Below are positions 52,181 through 63,146 of a stretch of DNA of 64,000 bases, in pieces. The stretch lies in NCBI GenBank assembly GCA_965219955.1, contig OZ244799.1:544001-608000 (forward strand), written 5' to 3'. The number at the start of each line of letters is the position of its first letter. Position 1 is the first letter of the stretch. A program made the translations under genes and the position numbers. The notes under the pieces were generated by a model. It was not told the origin of the DNA, searched no databases, and saw only the letters and a list, made by a program, of their open reading frames with translations. This stretch comes from a bacterium. GTDB lineage: Bacteria; UBA8248.

Positions 52181-54034
52181 ATGAAACAGGGCTTCTCTCG
52201 TCGTTTGATGGTTTGCGGCTCCTTGGTGGTTTTCGGGTTCTGCATGTTGGGCGTCAAGCTCTCCATCATCCAGATCCGTGACCGGGACCACCTCGTAGCC
52301 TATGCGGAGCGCCAGCTGCGCCGCACGCTCGTGGTACGCCCCAGGCGCGGAGACGTCGTGGACGCGAGGGGCAGGCCCCTGGCGGTGAGCATCAACGCGC
52401 CCTCTCTTTTCGCCAACGCCAGGGTGGTGGCCGACCCCGGGAGCACGTCGCTGGCGCTCAAGGAAATTCTGGGCGGCTCGGCGGAAGAGTATTTCGAGAA
52501 ATTAAGCGACCGCCGAAGTTATGTATGGCTCAAGCGGAAGATCAATCCCGATCAACAGCGAAAAATCGAAAAACTGGGGATCGACGGCCTCGGCTTCGTC
52601 ACCGAAAGCAGGCGGTTTTATCCCAAGCGTGAGCTCGCGTCATCACTGGTCGGCTTCGTCGGCGTGGACGATGCGGGCATGTACGGCGTGGAGCAATCCT
52701 ACCAGGAGCACATGGGGGGGCGCGTGGGCCGCATCCGCATACAGCGCGACGCGAAGGGGAGGCCGGCTCATCCCGAATCAAGGGTGCTCGTGCCGGCGCG
52801 TCCGGGCGCGGACGTCCGCCTCACCATCGATGAGGTGCTTCAGCACATCGTCGAAAAAGAGTTGAGCGCCCAGGTCCGCCGCGTCGGCGCGCGGCGCGCC
52901 ATCGGGGTGATGGTCGAGCCTCGCAGCGGAAGAATTCTGGCCCTGGCGTCCGTGCCGGGGTTTAATCCCAATACATACAAACTCTACGGCGCATCCCTCT
53001 GGAAAGAGCCCGCCATCCAGGAATTCTACGAGCCCGGCTCGACGTTCAAGATCGTCACGGCGGCGGCATATCTGGCCGCGGGCGAATCGCTCTCGAAAAA
53101 GTATTTTGCCGAAAACGGCTCCTATCGGTACGAAAGGGGGCGCCACACCCTCCGGGATCATAAAAAATACGGCTGGCTCACCGCCGAAGAGGTGATAATG
53201 AAATCATCGAACATCGGCGCGTTCAAGATGGCGCGTGATATCGGCAAGCACCAGCTCCACTTCATGGCGCAACGCTTCGGCTTTGGCCGCAAGACGAGGA
53301 TCAGTTTCCCCGGAGAAGCCAGGGGCGTGCTCCGCTCGCCTGAGAAATGGTCGAAAACCTCGTTGGCTGCGGTAGCCATCGGTCAGGAAGTGGGCGTCAC
53401 TCCGCTTCAGATGGTGATGGCCGTGGCGGCGGTGGCGAACGGCGGCCGGATGCCCAGGCCCGTTCTGCACGATTCCATCGAGCGCGACGGCAAGAAGGCG
53501 CTCGCGGCCCAGGGGCCGCAGTTCAGGCGCGTTCTCTCACGCCCCGTGGCGGAGCGTCTCGGCGCCTTGATGAGAAAGGTCGTGGCCGAGGGTACGGGGA
53601 GGAAGGCCGAGATTCCGGGCTATGGAGCCGCCGGGAAAACGGGCACGGCGCAGAAGGCCCTGCCGGGCCGGCGAGGGTACAGCCGGTCGAAATTCATCAT
53701 GTCGTTCGTGGGTTTCGCTCCCTACGAGAACCCCCGCTTCGCCCTCATCGTCATCTTCGATGAGGGCAAGGCGCCCGGAGGCGCGTGGGGGGGCACGGTC
53801 GCGGCGCCGGTTTGGCGGCGAATCGCCTGGCAGGCGCTGCGCTACATGCGCGTGCCTCCGCAGGGAGCCAGGGTCCTGCAGGTGGCGGATTCACGCCCCC
53901 GGGTTCGCGCTGGGGCCGATCCGGAGAACGGGGATCGAACGATGGGCAAGAAGGTTCTGGACGCCGCAAGGCAGGTGCGCCGCTATCTGCACGGCGACCG
54001 GGCGCAGGCGGCTTCATGGGATGCGACGCGTTGA
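52181..54034 (+). CDS. ftsI: Class B penicillin-binding protein
   Basis: RGDVVDARG, EPGSTFK (SxxK), SSN, KTGTAQ. Confidence 0.93.
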   Translation: MKQGFSRRLMVCGSLVVFGFCMLGVKLSIIQIRDRDHLVAYAERQLRRTLVVRPRRGDVVDARGRPLAVSINAPSLFANARVVADPGSTSLALKEILGGSAEEYFEKLSDRRSYVWLKRKINPDQQRKIEKLGIDGLGFVTESRRFYPKRELASSLVGFVGVDDAGMYGVEQSYQEHMGGRVGRIRIQRDAKGRPAHPESRVLVPARPGADVRLTIDEVLQHIVEKELSAQVRRVGARRAIGVMVEPRSGRILALASVPGFNPNTYKLYGASLWKEPAIQEFYEPGSTFKIVTAAAYLAAGESLSKKYFAENGSYRYERGRHTLRDHKKYGWLTAEEVIMKSSNIGAFKMARDIGKHQLHFMAQRFGFGRKTRISFPGEARGVLRSPEKWSKTSLAAVAIGQEVGVTPLQMVMAVAAVANGGRMPRPVLHDSIERDGKKALAAQGPQFRRVLSRPVAERLGALMRKVVAEGTGRKAEIPGYGAAGKTGTAQKALPGRRGYSRSKFIMSFVGFAPYENPRFALIVIFDEGKAPGGAWGGTVAAPVWRRIAWQALRYMRVPPQGARVLQVADSRPRVRAGADPENGDRTMGKKVLDAARQVRRYLHGDRAQAASWDATR

Positions 54035-54042
54035 GCGGGGTG

Positions 54043-55539
54043 ATGGCTGTGGGTGAGATAAGCGCCTCATTCGAGGAATTGACACGGGCCGTGCCCGGTG
54101 AGAGAGCCGCGGGAGATTTTTCCGCGCAAATCACCGGCGTGGCATACGATTCGCGCCTCGTCCGCTCGGGCGACGTCTTCGTCGCGGTCGCGGGTTTCCA
54201 GGCGGATGGGCATGATTTCGCCAGGGACGCGGTAGATGGGGGCGCGGCCGCACTCGTCGTGGAGAGGAAGATAGAGGGCATCTCCCCCGAGGTGCCGCAG
54301 TTCGTCGCGCCTTCCGGCCGCGAGGCCTTATCGCGCGTCGGCGATGCGTTCTACGGGCATCCCTCCGGAGAGCTGGCGCTCATCGGCGTCACCGGCACGA
54401 ACGGAAAGACGACCACCGCCTTTCTCATCGACGCGATCCTCCGCTCTGCGGGCAGGCGCACCGGCCTGATGGGGACGATCCATTACCGCGTGGGCGATGA
54501 GGTGTACGAGGAGCCGCGCACCACGTCGGAAGGCCCCGACCTTCAGCGGTATCTGCGCCGCATGGCGGACGCCGGCGCTTCCCACGCCGTGATGGAAGTC
54601 TCGAGCCACGGACTGGCCCTGGACAGATTGTGCGGCTGCGAGTTCCAGGCGGCGGTTTTCAGCAATCTCACGCAGGACCATCTCGATTTTCATGGCGACA
54701 TGGAGGCTTACTTTCAGGCGAAACGGAAGCTGTTCAAAGAGTTTTCGCCCGCGAACTCCATCGTCAACATCGATGACGCCTACGGGAGGCGAATCGCCGC
54801 GGAAGCGAGGGGACGCGTCTGGACGTACGCCCTGGATGCCGGGGCGGACCTCGGCGTGGAGAGCCTCTCGAACTCATCTGCGGGCATGCGTTTCCAGATG
54901 GTGACGCCCGCCGGCGGGGTGAGGGTCGAAACGGCGCTCATCGGCCGCCACAACCTGAGCAACATACTGGCCGCGTCGGCGGCGTGTCTCTCACAAGGCC
55001 TGACGCCCGAAGAAGTGGCGGCGGGGGTCGCGTCTCTGGAGAACATCCCCGGGCGCTTCGAGAAGGTCGACATGGGCCAGCCCTTTCTGGTGGTGGTGGA
55101 TTACGCGCACACCGAGGACGCCCTCGCCCGCGTGCTGGAGTTCGCCCGGCCCGTCACGGAAAGGCGAATTCTCACCCTCATGGGCTGCGGGGGCGACAGG
55201 GACAGGAAAAAGCGGCCCCTCATGGCCGCCGCCGCCCTGCGGGCGAGCGACTACGTGGTGATGACGTCGGACAATCCGCGAACCGAAGACCCCGCGTCGA
55301 TCCTGAGAGAAGTCGAATCCGGCGCCGCTCTCGCGCCCGGGAGCGACGGGCGCTGGCGCAGCATTCTGGACAGGCGCGAGGCGATTCGGGCCATCGTCGC
55401 CGAGGCGCGCGAGGGAGACGCCGTGATCATCGCGGGCAAGGGGCACGAGACGTATCAGATTCTGGGCGCCGAGCGCACCGCGTTCGACGATCGCGAAGAG
55501 GCCCGCGCGGCGCTGCGCCTCGCGGGATACGGGAAATGA
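54043..55539 (+). CDS. murE: UDP-MurNAc-dipeptide:DAP ligase
   Basis: YDSR, GTNGKTT, EVSSH, QDHLDFH, DYAHT, DNPR (DAP-specific), AGKGHE. Confidence 0.96.
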   Translation: MAVGEISASFEELTRAVPGERAAGDFSAQITGVAYDSRLVRSGDVFVAVAGFQADGHDFARDAVDGGAAALVVERKIEGISPEVPQFVAPSGREALSRVGDAFYGHPSGELALIGVTGTNGKTTTAFLIDAILRSAGRRTGLMGTIHYRVGDEVYEEPRTTSEGPDLQRYLRRMADAGASHAVMEVSSHGLALDRLCGCEFQAAVFSNLTQDHLDFHGDMEAYFQAKRKLFKEFSPANSIVNIDDAYGRRIAAEARGRVWTYALDAGADLGVESLSNSSAGMRFQMVTPAGGVRVETALIGRHNLSNILAASAACLSQGLTPEEVAAGVASLENIPGRFEKVDMGQPFLVVVDYAHTEDALARVLEFARPVTERRILTLMGCGGDRDRKKRPLMAAAALRASDYVVMTSDNPRTEDPASILREVESGAALAPGSDGRWRSILDRREAIRAIVAEAREGDAVIIAGKGHETYQILGAERTAFDDREEARAALRLAGYGK

Positions 55540-56951
55540 TAGGGGCGGAATCGATGGCGGCTGTTTTCAGCGCAGATGAAATCGCGGCGGCCGTGGATGG
55601 GAGGCTCATCCGCGGGGACGGCTCGGCCCACGCCGCGGGCGTGAGCACGGATACGCGCACGCTGGAAGCGGGCGAGCTGTTCATCGCGCTCAAGGGTCCC
55701 AACTTCGACGGGGCGGAGTTCCTCGCCCAGGCGATTGAGAAAAAAGCGGCGGGCGTCGTCGTGGAGCAAGGCGCGGATGCGCCGGACGGGGATGCGGCTT
55801 TCGTCGTCGAGGCTGCGGACACGCTGCGGGCGTTGGGCGATCTGGCGCGCGCGCACCGCAACCGTTTCGAGATTCCTGTCGTAGGGGTGACCGGCAGCAA
55901 CGGGAAGACGACGACGAAGGAGATGATAGCGGCGCTGCTCTCCAGAAGAGGCGAGACGTGCAAGAGCGAGGGGAACCTGAACAACCTGGTAGGTCTCCCG
56001 CACCAGGTTCTCCGACTGAGCGAGGAGCATGAGAGCGCCGTATTCGAGATGGGGATGAGCGAGGCCGGTGAAATCAGCAGGCTCGCCGAGATCGCCCGGC
56101 CCCGGATCGCCGTCATCACGAACGTCGGGCCCGCGCACATCGAGGGACTGGGCAGCGTGGAGGCGGTGCGTGATGCGAAGGGCGAGATACTCGAAGCGCT
56201 GCCCCCGGACGGCGTGGCCGTGCTCTCGAACGAGGATCCCCACAGCCGCGTCCTGGCCGGGAGATACGAGTCGAGGGGCGGGCGCGTGATTCGCTTCGGT
56301 TTTTCGCGGGAAAGCGACTTCCGGGCGGATGGAATTCACATCACCACGGGCGGCGCGCGCTTTACGCTCCGCAGCCCCGATGGCGAGAGCGAGATTCGAA
56401 TCGAGGCGCTCGGGCGGCACAACGTCCTGAACGCGCTGGCCGCCGCGGCTTGCGCGTCCGCGCTGGGCGTCGGTTTGGATGAGATGGCCGACGGGCTGTC
56501 GCGGGCCGTTCTTCCGAAAATGCGGTTGCAGGCGCGCGAGGTAACCGGCCGGCCGGGCGTGCGCCTGCTGGATGATTCCTACAACGCGAACCCCGAGTCC
56601 GTCGCGCAGGCGCTGGAGACCGCAAGCGTCCTCAGCGGCGACGGGCGGCTCATATCTGTTCTCGGCGATATGGCGGAGCTGGGGCCGCTCGCCGAGAGCG
56701 CGCACAGGGAGGTGGGCCGGAAGATAGCAGCTGTTGGCGTGGACCTGTTCGTGGGCGTGGGGCCTCTGATGAGGTTTGCGTCCGATGAGGCGCGCCGCGC
56801 AGGGATGGACGGCGCCCGGATCATGAATTTCGACACGCCGGAGGAGGCGGCTTCCTCGCTGCGCGATATGCTCCTCTCCGGCGACTGGATTTTGGTGAAA
56901 GGATCGCGTTCGATGATGATGGAGCGCGCCATTCAAGGACTCGAGAACTGA
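55536..56951 (+). CDS. murF: UDP-MurNAc-tripeptide:D-Ala-D-Ala ligase
   Basis: TDTR, GSNGKTTTKE, EMGM, DDSYNANP, GDMAELG, KGSR. Confidence 0.95.
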   Translation: MIGAESMAAVFSADEIAAAVDGRLIRGDGSAHAAGVSTDTRTLEAGELFIALKGPNFDGAEFLAQAIEKKAAGVVVEQGADAPDGDAAFVVEAADTLRALGDLARAHRNRFEIPVVGVTGSNGKTTTKEMIAALLSRRGETCKSEGNLNNLVGLPHQVLRLSEEHESAVFEMGMSEAGEISRLAEIARPRIAVITNVGPAHIEGLGSVEAVRDAKGEILEALPPDGVAVLSNEDPHSRVLAGRYESRGGRVIRFGFSRESDFRADGIHITTGGARFTLRSPDGESEIRIEALGRHNVLNALAAAACASALGVGLDEMADGLSRAVLPKMRLQAREVTGRPGVRLLDDSYNANPESVAQALETASVLSGDGRLISVLGDMAELGPLAESAHREVGRKIAAVGVDLFVGVGPLMRFASDEARRAGMDGARIMNFDTPEEAASSLRDMLLSGDWILVKGSRSMMMERAIQGLEN

Positions 56952-58036
56952 TGCTGTATTCCGCTTTCATTTCTTTGAGCGAGACGGTTTCGGCGTTCAA
57001 CGTGTTTCGCTTCATCACGTTCCGGACGGCGATGGCGGTGCTCACCGCACTCGTGATGTCGCTGTTGTTGGGGCCCCGCCTCATTCGTTATCTGCAGGAG
57101 CGTCAGATCGGCGAAGTCATCCGCGACGATGGCCCCCAGAGCCATATGGCGAAAAAGGGAACGCCGACGATGGGGGGGCTGCTCATCCTCCTGTGCGTCA
57201 CGCTGCCGGTTCTGCTGTGGAACGACCTCGCGAACGGCTACATCTGGCTCGCCCTCTTCGTTCTGCTCGCCTACGGCCTGCTGGGCTTCTGGGATGACTA
57301 TACGAAGGTGGTGCTCCAGGACAAAAACGGCGTGAGGCCCTCCATGAAATTCCTGGCCCAGGGGATCATCGGCCTCGCCGTGGGGTACGCCCTATACAGC
57401 GGCTTGGTGGGATTGGATTTCAGGCCCGTCGTCATGCTTCCCTTTTTCAAGAACGTGCAACCCGACATCGGGGTTTGGTTCGTGCCCTATGCCGCCCTCG
57501 TTATCGTGTCGACGAGCAACGCCGTGAACCTCACGGATGGTCTCGATGGCCTCGCCATCGGCCCGTTGCTGATCGCGGCGGGCGCCTATCTCGTTTTCAG
57601 CTATGTCTCGGGCCATGCGGGCATCTCGAAGTATCTGCTGATCCTCCACGTTCGGGGCGCGGGAGAACTGGCCATCGTCTGCGGGGCCATGTTCGGCGCG
57701 GGGCTTGGATTCTTGTGGTTCAACGCGTATCCGGCGCAGGTCTTCATGGGCGACGTGGGCGCCCTTTCGCTGGGCGCCTTGCTGGCCACGGTGGCGCTGT
57801 CGATCAAGCAGGAACTCCTCCTGTTCCTGGTGGGTGGATTGTTCGTCCTGGAGACGCTCTCGGTCATCGTGCAGGTGGTCTCCTTCAAGCTCACCGGCCG
57901 GCGCGTGTTCCGCATGGCGCCGCTGCACCACCACTTCGAGGAGGAGGGCTGGTCCGAACCGAAGGTGACGGTCCGCTTCTGGATAGTGGCGGTCGTTTTG
58001 GCCCTGATGAGTTTGGCGACGCTGAAGCTGAGATGA
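56951..58036 (+). CDS. mraY: Phospho-MurNAc-pentapeptide transferase
   Basis: KKGTPTMGG, DDY, NAVNLTDGLDG, FMGDVG, MAPLHHHFE. Confidence 0.97.
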   Translation: MLYSAFISLSETVSAFNVFRFITFRTAMAVLTALVMSLLLGPRLIRYLQERQIGEVIRDDGPQSHMAKKGTPTMGGLLILLCVTLPVLLWNDLANGYIWLALFVLLAYGLLGFWDDYTKVVLQDKNGVRPSMKFLAQGIIGLAVGYALYSGLVGLDFRPVVMLPFFKNVQPDIGVWFVPYAALVIVSTSNAVNLTDGLDGLAIGPLLIAAGAYLVFSYVSGHAGISKYLLILHVRGAGELAIVCGAMFGAGLGFLWFNAYPAQVFMGDVGALSLGALLATVALSIKQELLLFLVGGLFVLETLSVIVQVVSFKLTGRRVFRMAPLHHHFEEEGWSEPKVTVRFWIVAVVLALMSLATLKLR

Positions 58037-59430
58037 GGACTCTTGTTTTGGACAACAAGGCCACGGCGTGGATAGAAGCGCTGCCCGAGCGGCGGGCGCT
58101 GGTCATGGGAATGGCGAGGAGCGGGATTGCCGCCGCGGGGGCGTTGGCGCGCCTGGGCGCGAGGGTGGTGGCCACGGATTTGGAGGAGGTTCCGGGTCTG
58201 GGCGATCGCCTGCCACCGGGCGTGGTTTTCGAGCTCGGCGGCCACCGGGAGGCAAGTTTCGAGGCGTGCGACCTGCTGGTGGTGAGTCCGGGCATTCCGG
58301 CGACGAATCGCTACATCGCGCTGGCGAGGGCGTCGGGCGCCGAGGTGATCGGCGAGGTGGAACTCGCCTCCCGGCTTTGTTCCGCGCCCATCGCCGCCGT
58401 CACCGGAACGAACGGGAAGACGACGGTCACCACGATGCTCGGAAGGATTCTGGAAGAAAGCGGTTTTCGCGCGCCTGTGGGCGGGAACATCGGAAGAGCG
58501 CTCGTCGAGGTGGTCGAAGCCGAGGGTGATGAGGCCGATTTCGTCGTCGGCGAGGTGAGCAGCTTTCAACTCGAATGGGCGCCCACGATCAAGCCGAAAG
58601 TGGGCGTGATGACCAACGTGACGCCCGACCATCTGGATCGGCATCCCGATATCGATGCGTACGCGGACCTCAAGGCGAGGCTGTTCGCCAACCAGGGGGA
58701 GGGCGACGCGAAAATCCTGAACGCCGACGACCCGCTGACGGCGCGCTACATGACCGCAGGCCCGCAGAGCGTCCTGGCGTTCAGCCGGAAAGGGCGGATG
58801 CGCCGGGGCGCTTATGTAGAGGGTGGCGACGTGTTTTTGGCCGATGAGGCCGGCTCCACCCGCGTTTGCGGCGCAGACGAACTTCTGGTTCCCGGTCTCC
58901 ACAACCTGGAGAATTTTCTGGCCGCATGCGCGGCGGCGCGTTTCCTGGGTGCGGACGCGGAGGCGATGGCGCGCGTGGCGCGCGCCTTCGAGGGACTGCC
59001 CCACCGCATGGAGGTCGTCGGCGAGGCGGGGGGCGTCCGCTGGGTGAACGATTCGAAGGGAACGAACGTGGGCGCCGCGGCGATGAGCCTGGAGAGTCTG
59101 GCGGGGAACGTGCTCCTCATCGCCGGTGGCGTGGACAAGGGGAGCGACCTCGCGCCCTTGCGCGCCGGGGTGGAGAAGAAGGTCCGGCGCATGATTCTGA
59201 TCGGCGAGGCGGCGGAGCGCTTTGGCCGTTTTTTTGGTGGATGCGCGCCGATCGTCCACGCGAAGACGCTGGATGAGGCCGTGCGCATCGCGCACGCCGA
59301 AGCGCGGGAGGGCGATACGGTTCTCCTCTCGCCCGCCTGTTCGAGCTTCGATCAGTTTCGAGATTACGCCCACCGGGGCGATGCGTTTCGCGAGATGGCG
59401 CGGGGATTGACGGGGAGGGAAGAAACTTGA
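58033..59430 (+). CDS. murD: UDP-MurNAc-L-Ala:D-Glu ligase
   Basis: VSPGI, GTNGKTT, EVSSFQLE, DHLDRH, NDSKGTN, SPACSSFDQF. Confidence 0.96.
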   Translation: MRTLVLDNKATAWIEALPERRALVMGMARSGIAAAGALARLGARVVATDLEEVPGLGDRLPPGVVFELGGHREASFEACDLLVVSPGIPATNRYIALARASGAEVIGEVELASRLCSAPIAAVTGTNGKTTVTTMLGRILEESGFRAPVGGNIGRALVEVVEAEGDEADFVVGEVSSFQLEWAPTIKPKVGVMTNVTPDHLDRHPDIDAYADLKARLFANQGEGDAKILNADDPLTARYMTAGPQSVLAFSRKGRMRRGAYVEGGDVFLADEAGSTRVCGADELLVPGLHNLENFLAACAAARFLGADAEAMARVARAFEGLPHRMEVVGEAGGVRWVNDSKGTNVGAAAMSLESLAGNVLLIAGGVDKGSDLAPLRAGVEKKVRRMILIGEAAERFGRFFGGCAPIVHAKTLDEAVRIAHAEAREGDTVLLSPACSSFDQFRDYAHRGDAFREMARGLTGREET

Positions 59431-60614
59431 TCCACAAACGTATCGACCCCGTCATCTTTTTCGTCTCGCTGGGGCTGGTGGCTTTCGGAGTCGTCATGGT
59501 GTTCAGCGCGAGCCACATTCTGGCGCTGGACAGGTACGGCGATGCGTTCTACTTCGTGAAACGCCACGTTCTATGGGCCGTCCTCGGCTTCGCCTGCATG
59601 TTGGCCGTTTCCCGGACTGACCCCGGCCAACTCCGTAAAATCGCATTTCCCGTGATGATCGCCTCGGTTCTCGCGCTTTTGCTGGTGTTTGCGCCGGGCA
59701 TCGGAAAAGAGGCGGGCGGCGCGCGCCGGTGGCTGATGCTGGGTCCCTTCTCTTTCCAGCCGGCCGAAGCCGCAAAGCTGGGTTTGGTGATTTTTCTCGC
59801 GCACTTCCTGGCGCTCAAGGGCGAGCGCCTGAATCATTGGTTGTTCGGTTTTCTGCCGCCGGTCGGGTTCGCGGGAATCATTCTGGGGCTCATGCTGGTT
59901 CAGCCGGATCTGGGTACGGCCACCCTGACCGCCGCGGTCGTCGGCGTTTTGTTGTACCTGGCGGGCGCGCGGCCCTCCCACCTGAGAATTTGCGCGCTCA
60001 CGACGGGGTTCGTCCTCGTGGGCATGGTGGTATTCGCGCCATGGCGCATGAAGCGGATACTCGCCTTTTGGGACCCCTTCGCCGCGGCGAAAGGCGCGGG
60101 CTATCAGCTCATTCAGTCGCTGCTGGCCATTGCGCGAGGCGGTCTGGCGGGTCTCGGCCTGGGCGAGGGCAAGCAAAAGCTCTTCTATCTGCCCGAGCCC
60201 CACACGGATTTCATCTACGCGGTCGTGGGCGAGGAGTTGGGCCTTATCGGCGCCTTGTGCGTCGCGGCGGCGTTCGTGGTCTTGCTGTGGCGCGGCTTCC
60301 AGATAGCCGCGCGCTGCGAAGATTTCTTCAGCGCCCTCCTGGCGGCGGGCGTGACCTTTCTGGTCGTCGCGCAGGGTTTCCTGAACATGGCGGTGGCGAC
60401 GGGCCTGCTGCCCACGACGGGCATACCGCTGCCCCTGATCAGCCTGGGCGGCTCGTCCCTGGTGTTCACGCTCATCTCTCTGGGGTTGCTGATTTCCATC
60501 GAGTCATCGAACCACGCTTCCAGGCAGCCGGGACCGGGGAGTCCGATCGACGCGGCTGTCGGCTGGATTTCGCGCGCGCGCAAGCCGGCTTTACGCAGGA
60601 GGGCGAGCTCATGA
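59427..60614 (+). CDS. ftsW: SEDS peptidoglycan polymerase
   Basis: GARRW, QPAE.AK, QPDLGT, GYQL, LPEPHTDFI, PTTGIPLP.IS.GGSS. Confidence 0.94.
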   Translation: MIHKRIDPVIFFVSLGLVAFGVVMVFSASHILALDRYGDAFYFVKRHVLWAVLGFACMLAVSRTDPGQLRKIAFPVMIASVLALLLVFAPGIGKEAGGARRWLMLGPFSFQPAEAAKLGLVIFLAHFLALKGERLNHWLFGFLPPVGFAGIILGLMLVQPDLGTATLTAAVVGVLLYLAGARPSHLRICALTTGFVLVGMVVFAPWRMKRILAFWDPFAAAKGAGYQLIQSLLAIARGGLAGLGLGEGKQKLFYLPEPHTDFIYAVVGEELGLIGALCVAAAFVVLLWRGFQIAARCEDFFSALLAAGVTFLVVAQGFLNMAVATGLLPTTGIPLPLISLGGSSLVFTLISLGLLISIESSNHASRQPGPGSPIDAAVGWISRARKPALRRRASS

Positions 60615-61696
60615 GACTCCTCGTTGCGGGCGGCGGCACGGGCGGACACCTCTACCCGGGCATTGCGGTGGCCAGGGCCTGGCTGGCGGACGGGGAGGCG
60701 AACGAGGTCTTGTTCGTGGGCACCGCCCGCGGGATCGAGGCCAGGGTGCTGCCGCGCGAGAACCTTCCGTTTCAGGCGATTTCCTCCGCCGGGGTACTGG
60801 GGCGGTCGCTTGGCCAGAGTGCCAGGGCGATGGCCATGGTGAGTTATGGATTCTGCCAGGCGATGGGAATTATCCGGCGCTTTCGCCCCCACGTCGTTCT
60901 GGGGGTGGGCGGCTATTCGAGCGTCCCGTCCGTCGCTGCGGCGGGGCTTTGGAGAAAGCCGGTTGTCCTGATCGAGCAAAACGTCGTTCCCGGCCTGGCG
61001 AACCGCCTGCTGTCCCGCTTCGCTTCGAAGGTCGCCGTGGGCCTGCCCGTGCGCGACGCCGGCTTCGCCCGCGGGAAAATCGTCGAGACGGGCCTGCCGC
61101 TCAGGAGCGAGTTTTCCCAAAATTTCGAACGAGGGGAGGATTCCTGGAGCGGGCCTTTGAAGGTGCTCATATTCGGCGGGAGCCAGGGAGCGCGGGCCAT
61201 CAACGAGGCGGTGATGGAGGCGCTGCCCCTGATGGGCGATGCGCTCGAAAGAATGCGGTTCGTCCATCAGACGGGAGAGGCGGATTTCCCCCGCGTGCAG
61301 GCGGCCTACCAGGCAGTCGGCGCGCAAGCGGACGTGGCGCCTTATCTGTACGACATGGCGGAGCGCTACCGCTGGGCGCAGGTGTGCTTCTCGCGCGCGG
61401 GCGCGATGAGCGTGGCGGAATTGTCCGCGATGTCGCTTCCGGCCGTATTGATTCCGTTTCCAAGCGCCACCCACGGACACCAGGAGGCGAACGCCCGCTA
61501 TCTCGCGGAGCGCGAGGCGGCGCGGATGATACTTCAGGAAGACTTGAGCGGCCGGGTTCTGGCGGATATCTGGCTCGAATACGAGGCGGAGCGGAAAAAG
61601 CTCGTCTCCATGTCGGAGCGCACGAAATCCCTGGCCCGCGCGAACGCCTCCGAAGCGGTGGCCGCCTTGTGCCGTCAGCAGGCGATGGCGGCGTGA
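60611..61696 (+). CDS. murG: Lipid II GlcNAc transferase
   Basis: GGGTGGHLYPG, GGY, EQN, GGSQGA, RAGA, HQ..NA. Confidence 0.96.
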   Translation: MRLLVAGGGTGGHLYPGIAVARAWLADGEANEVLFVGTARGIEARVLPRENLPFQAISSAGVLGRSLGQSARAMAMVSYGFCQAMGIIRRFRPHVVLGVGGYSSVPSVAAAGLWRKPVVLIEQNVVPGLANRLLSRFASKVAVGLPVRDAGFARGKIVETGLPLRSEFSQNFERGEDSWSGPLKVLIFGGSQGARAINEAVMEALPLMGDALERMRFVHQTGEADFPRVQAAYQAVGAQADVAPYLYDMAERYRWAQVCFSRAGAMSVAELSAMSLPAVLIPFPSATHGHQEANARYLAEREAARMILQEDLSGRVLADIWLEYEAERKKLVSMSERTKSLARANASEAVAALCRQQAMAA

Positions 61697-61715
61697 TGAG
61701 GAAAGGAGCCCGGGA

Positions 61716-63146
61716 ATGATAGCACGGCCATACGCCACGCACGCCATGTTCAGGCACTCGAGCCGCGTTCATTTCGTGGGCATCGGCGGGACGGGCATGT
61801 GCGGCATCGCCGAGGTTTTGCTGAACCTGGGCTATGAGATCAGCGGCTCGGACATCGCGAGCAACGAGGCGATTTTCAGGCTTCGCGGCCTGGGCGCGAA
61901 GGTCGTGCTGGGACACAGGAAGGAAAACGTGGCGGGCGTGGACGTTCTGGTCTACAGCTCGGCGGTTACGGGCGACAACGTGGAAGTCGCCGAAGCGCGG
62001 CGGCGGAAAATCCCCGTCATCAAGCGCGCGGAGATGCTCTCCGAACTCATGCGGATGAAATACAGCATCGGCGTTGCGGGGACGCACGGCAAGACGACCA
62101 CCACGTCGTTCATCGCGGCCGCCATGGCGGCGGGCGGCCTCGACCCCACGGTCGTCGTGGGCGGACGCATCAACGCCCTGGGTTCGAACGCGCGGATGGG
62201 CGAGGGCCAGTATCTGGTGGCGGAGGCCGATGAGAGCGACGGCACGTTCCTGAGGCTCACCCCCACCATAGCGATCGTCACGAACATCGACGAGGAGCAT
62301 CTGGATTTCTATGAGAATTACGACGCCATCAAGACCGCGTTCCTGGAGTTCGTGAACAAGGTGCCCTTCTACGGCTTTTCGGTCTTGTGCCTGGATCATC
62401 CCGCGGTTCAGGAGATTATTCCCCACGTGGAGAAGCAGTATTTCACCTATGGGTTCGGCACGCAGGCGGACTACGTGGGCGAGGAGTTCCGCTACGAAAA
62501 CGGCGAGGCGGTCTTCGGCGTCAAGCGAGGCGGGGAGCGCCTCGGCGATATTCGCCTCCTCATGCCCGGCCGCCACAACGCGGACAACGCCCTGGCCGCC
62601 GCCGCCGTCTCGATGGAACTCGACGTCTCGTTCGCGGACATTCAAAGAGGACTCCACGAGTTCGACGGCATCGGGCGCCGCCTCGAGCGGGTCGGCCAGG
62701 CGTCGGGCGTCACGGTTTTCGACGACTACGGACATCACCCGCAGGAAATCAAGGTCACGCTCCGGGCGGTTCGCGAGGCATGGCCGGAGAACCGTCTGGT
62801 GGTCTTGTTCCAGCCGCATCGCTACACGAGAACGCATCATCTCGAAGAAGCCTTCTTCACCTCTTTTTACGACGCCGACAGGGCGCTCGTCGCGCCCATA
62901 TACGCCGCGGGCGAGGCGCCAATCGAAGGCGTGAGCGCAGAAAAGCTCGCCGAGGGGATCAGGGCGCACGGCCACAGGAGTTGCGATGCAGTGGACGGCC
63001 TGGAGGATGCTTCGAAACGCCTGTTCGAGGAGGCGAGGAGCGGCGACATCGTTCTCACGCTGGGCGCGGGCGACGTCTGGAAGGTGGGCCGGGACCTGCT
63101 CGGAAGACTCGAACTCAGAGAAGGCGAATCAGAGGAAGCGGTATGA
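61716..63146 (+). CDS. murC: UDP-MurNAc:L-Ala ligase (start may be 61746)
   Basis: HFVGIGGTGM, AGTHGKTTT, EADESD, DDYGHHP, FQPHRYTR. Confidence 0.97.
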   Translation: MIARPYATHAMFRHSSRVHFVGIGGTGMCGIAEVLLNLGYEISGSDIASNEAIFRLRGLGAKVVLGHRKENVAGVDVLVYSSAVTGDNVEVAEARRRKIPVIKRAEMLSELMRMKYSIGVAGTHGKTTTTSFIAAAMAAGGLDPTVVVGGRINALGSNARMGEGQYLVAEADESDGTFLRLTPTIAIVTNIDEEHLDFYENYDAIKTAFLEFVNKVPFYGFSVLCLDHPAVQEIIPHVEKQYFTYGFGTQADYVGEEFRYENGEAVFGVKRGGERLGDIRLLMPGRHNADNALAAAAVSMELDVSFADIQRGLHEFDGIGRRLERVGQASGVTVFDDYGHHPQEIKVTLRAVREAWPENRLVVLFQPHRYTRTHHLEEAFFTSFYDADRALVAPIYAAGEAPIEGVSAEKLAEGIRAHGHRSCDAVDGLEDASKRLFEEARSGDIVLTLGAGDVWKVGRDLLGRLELREGESEEAV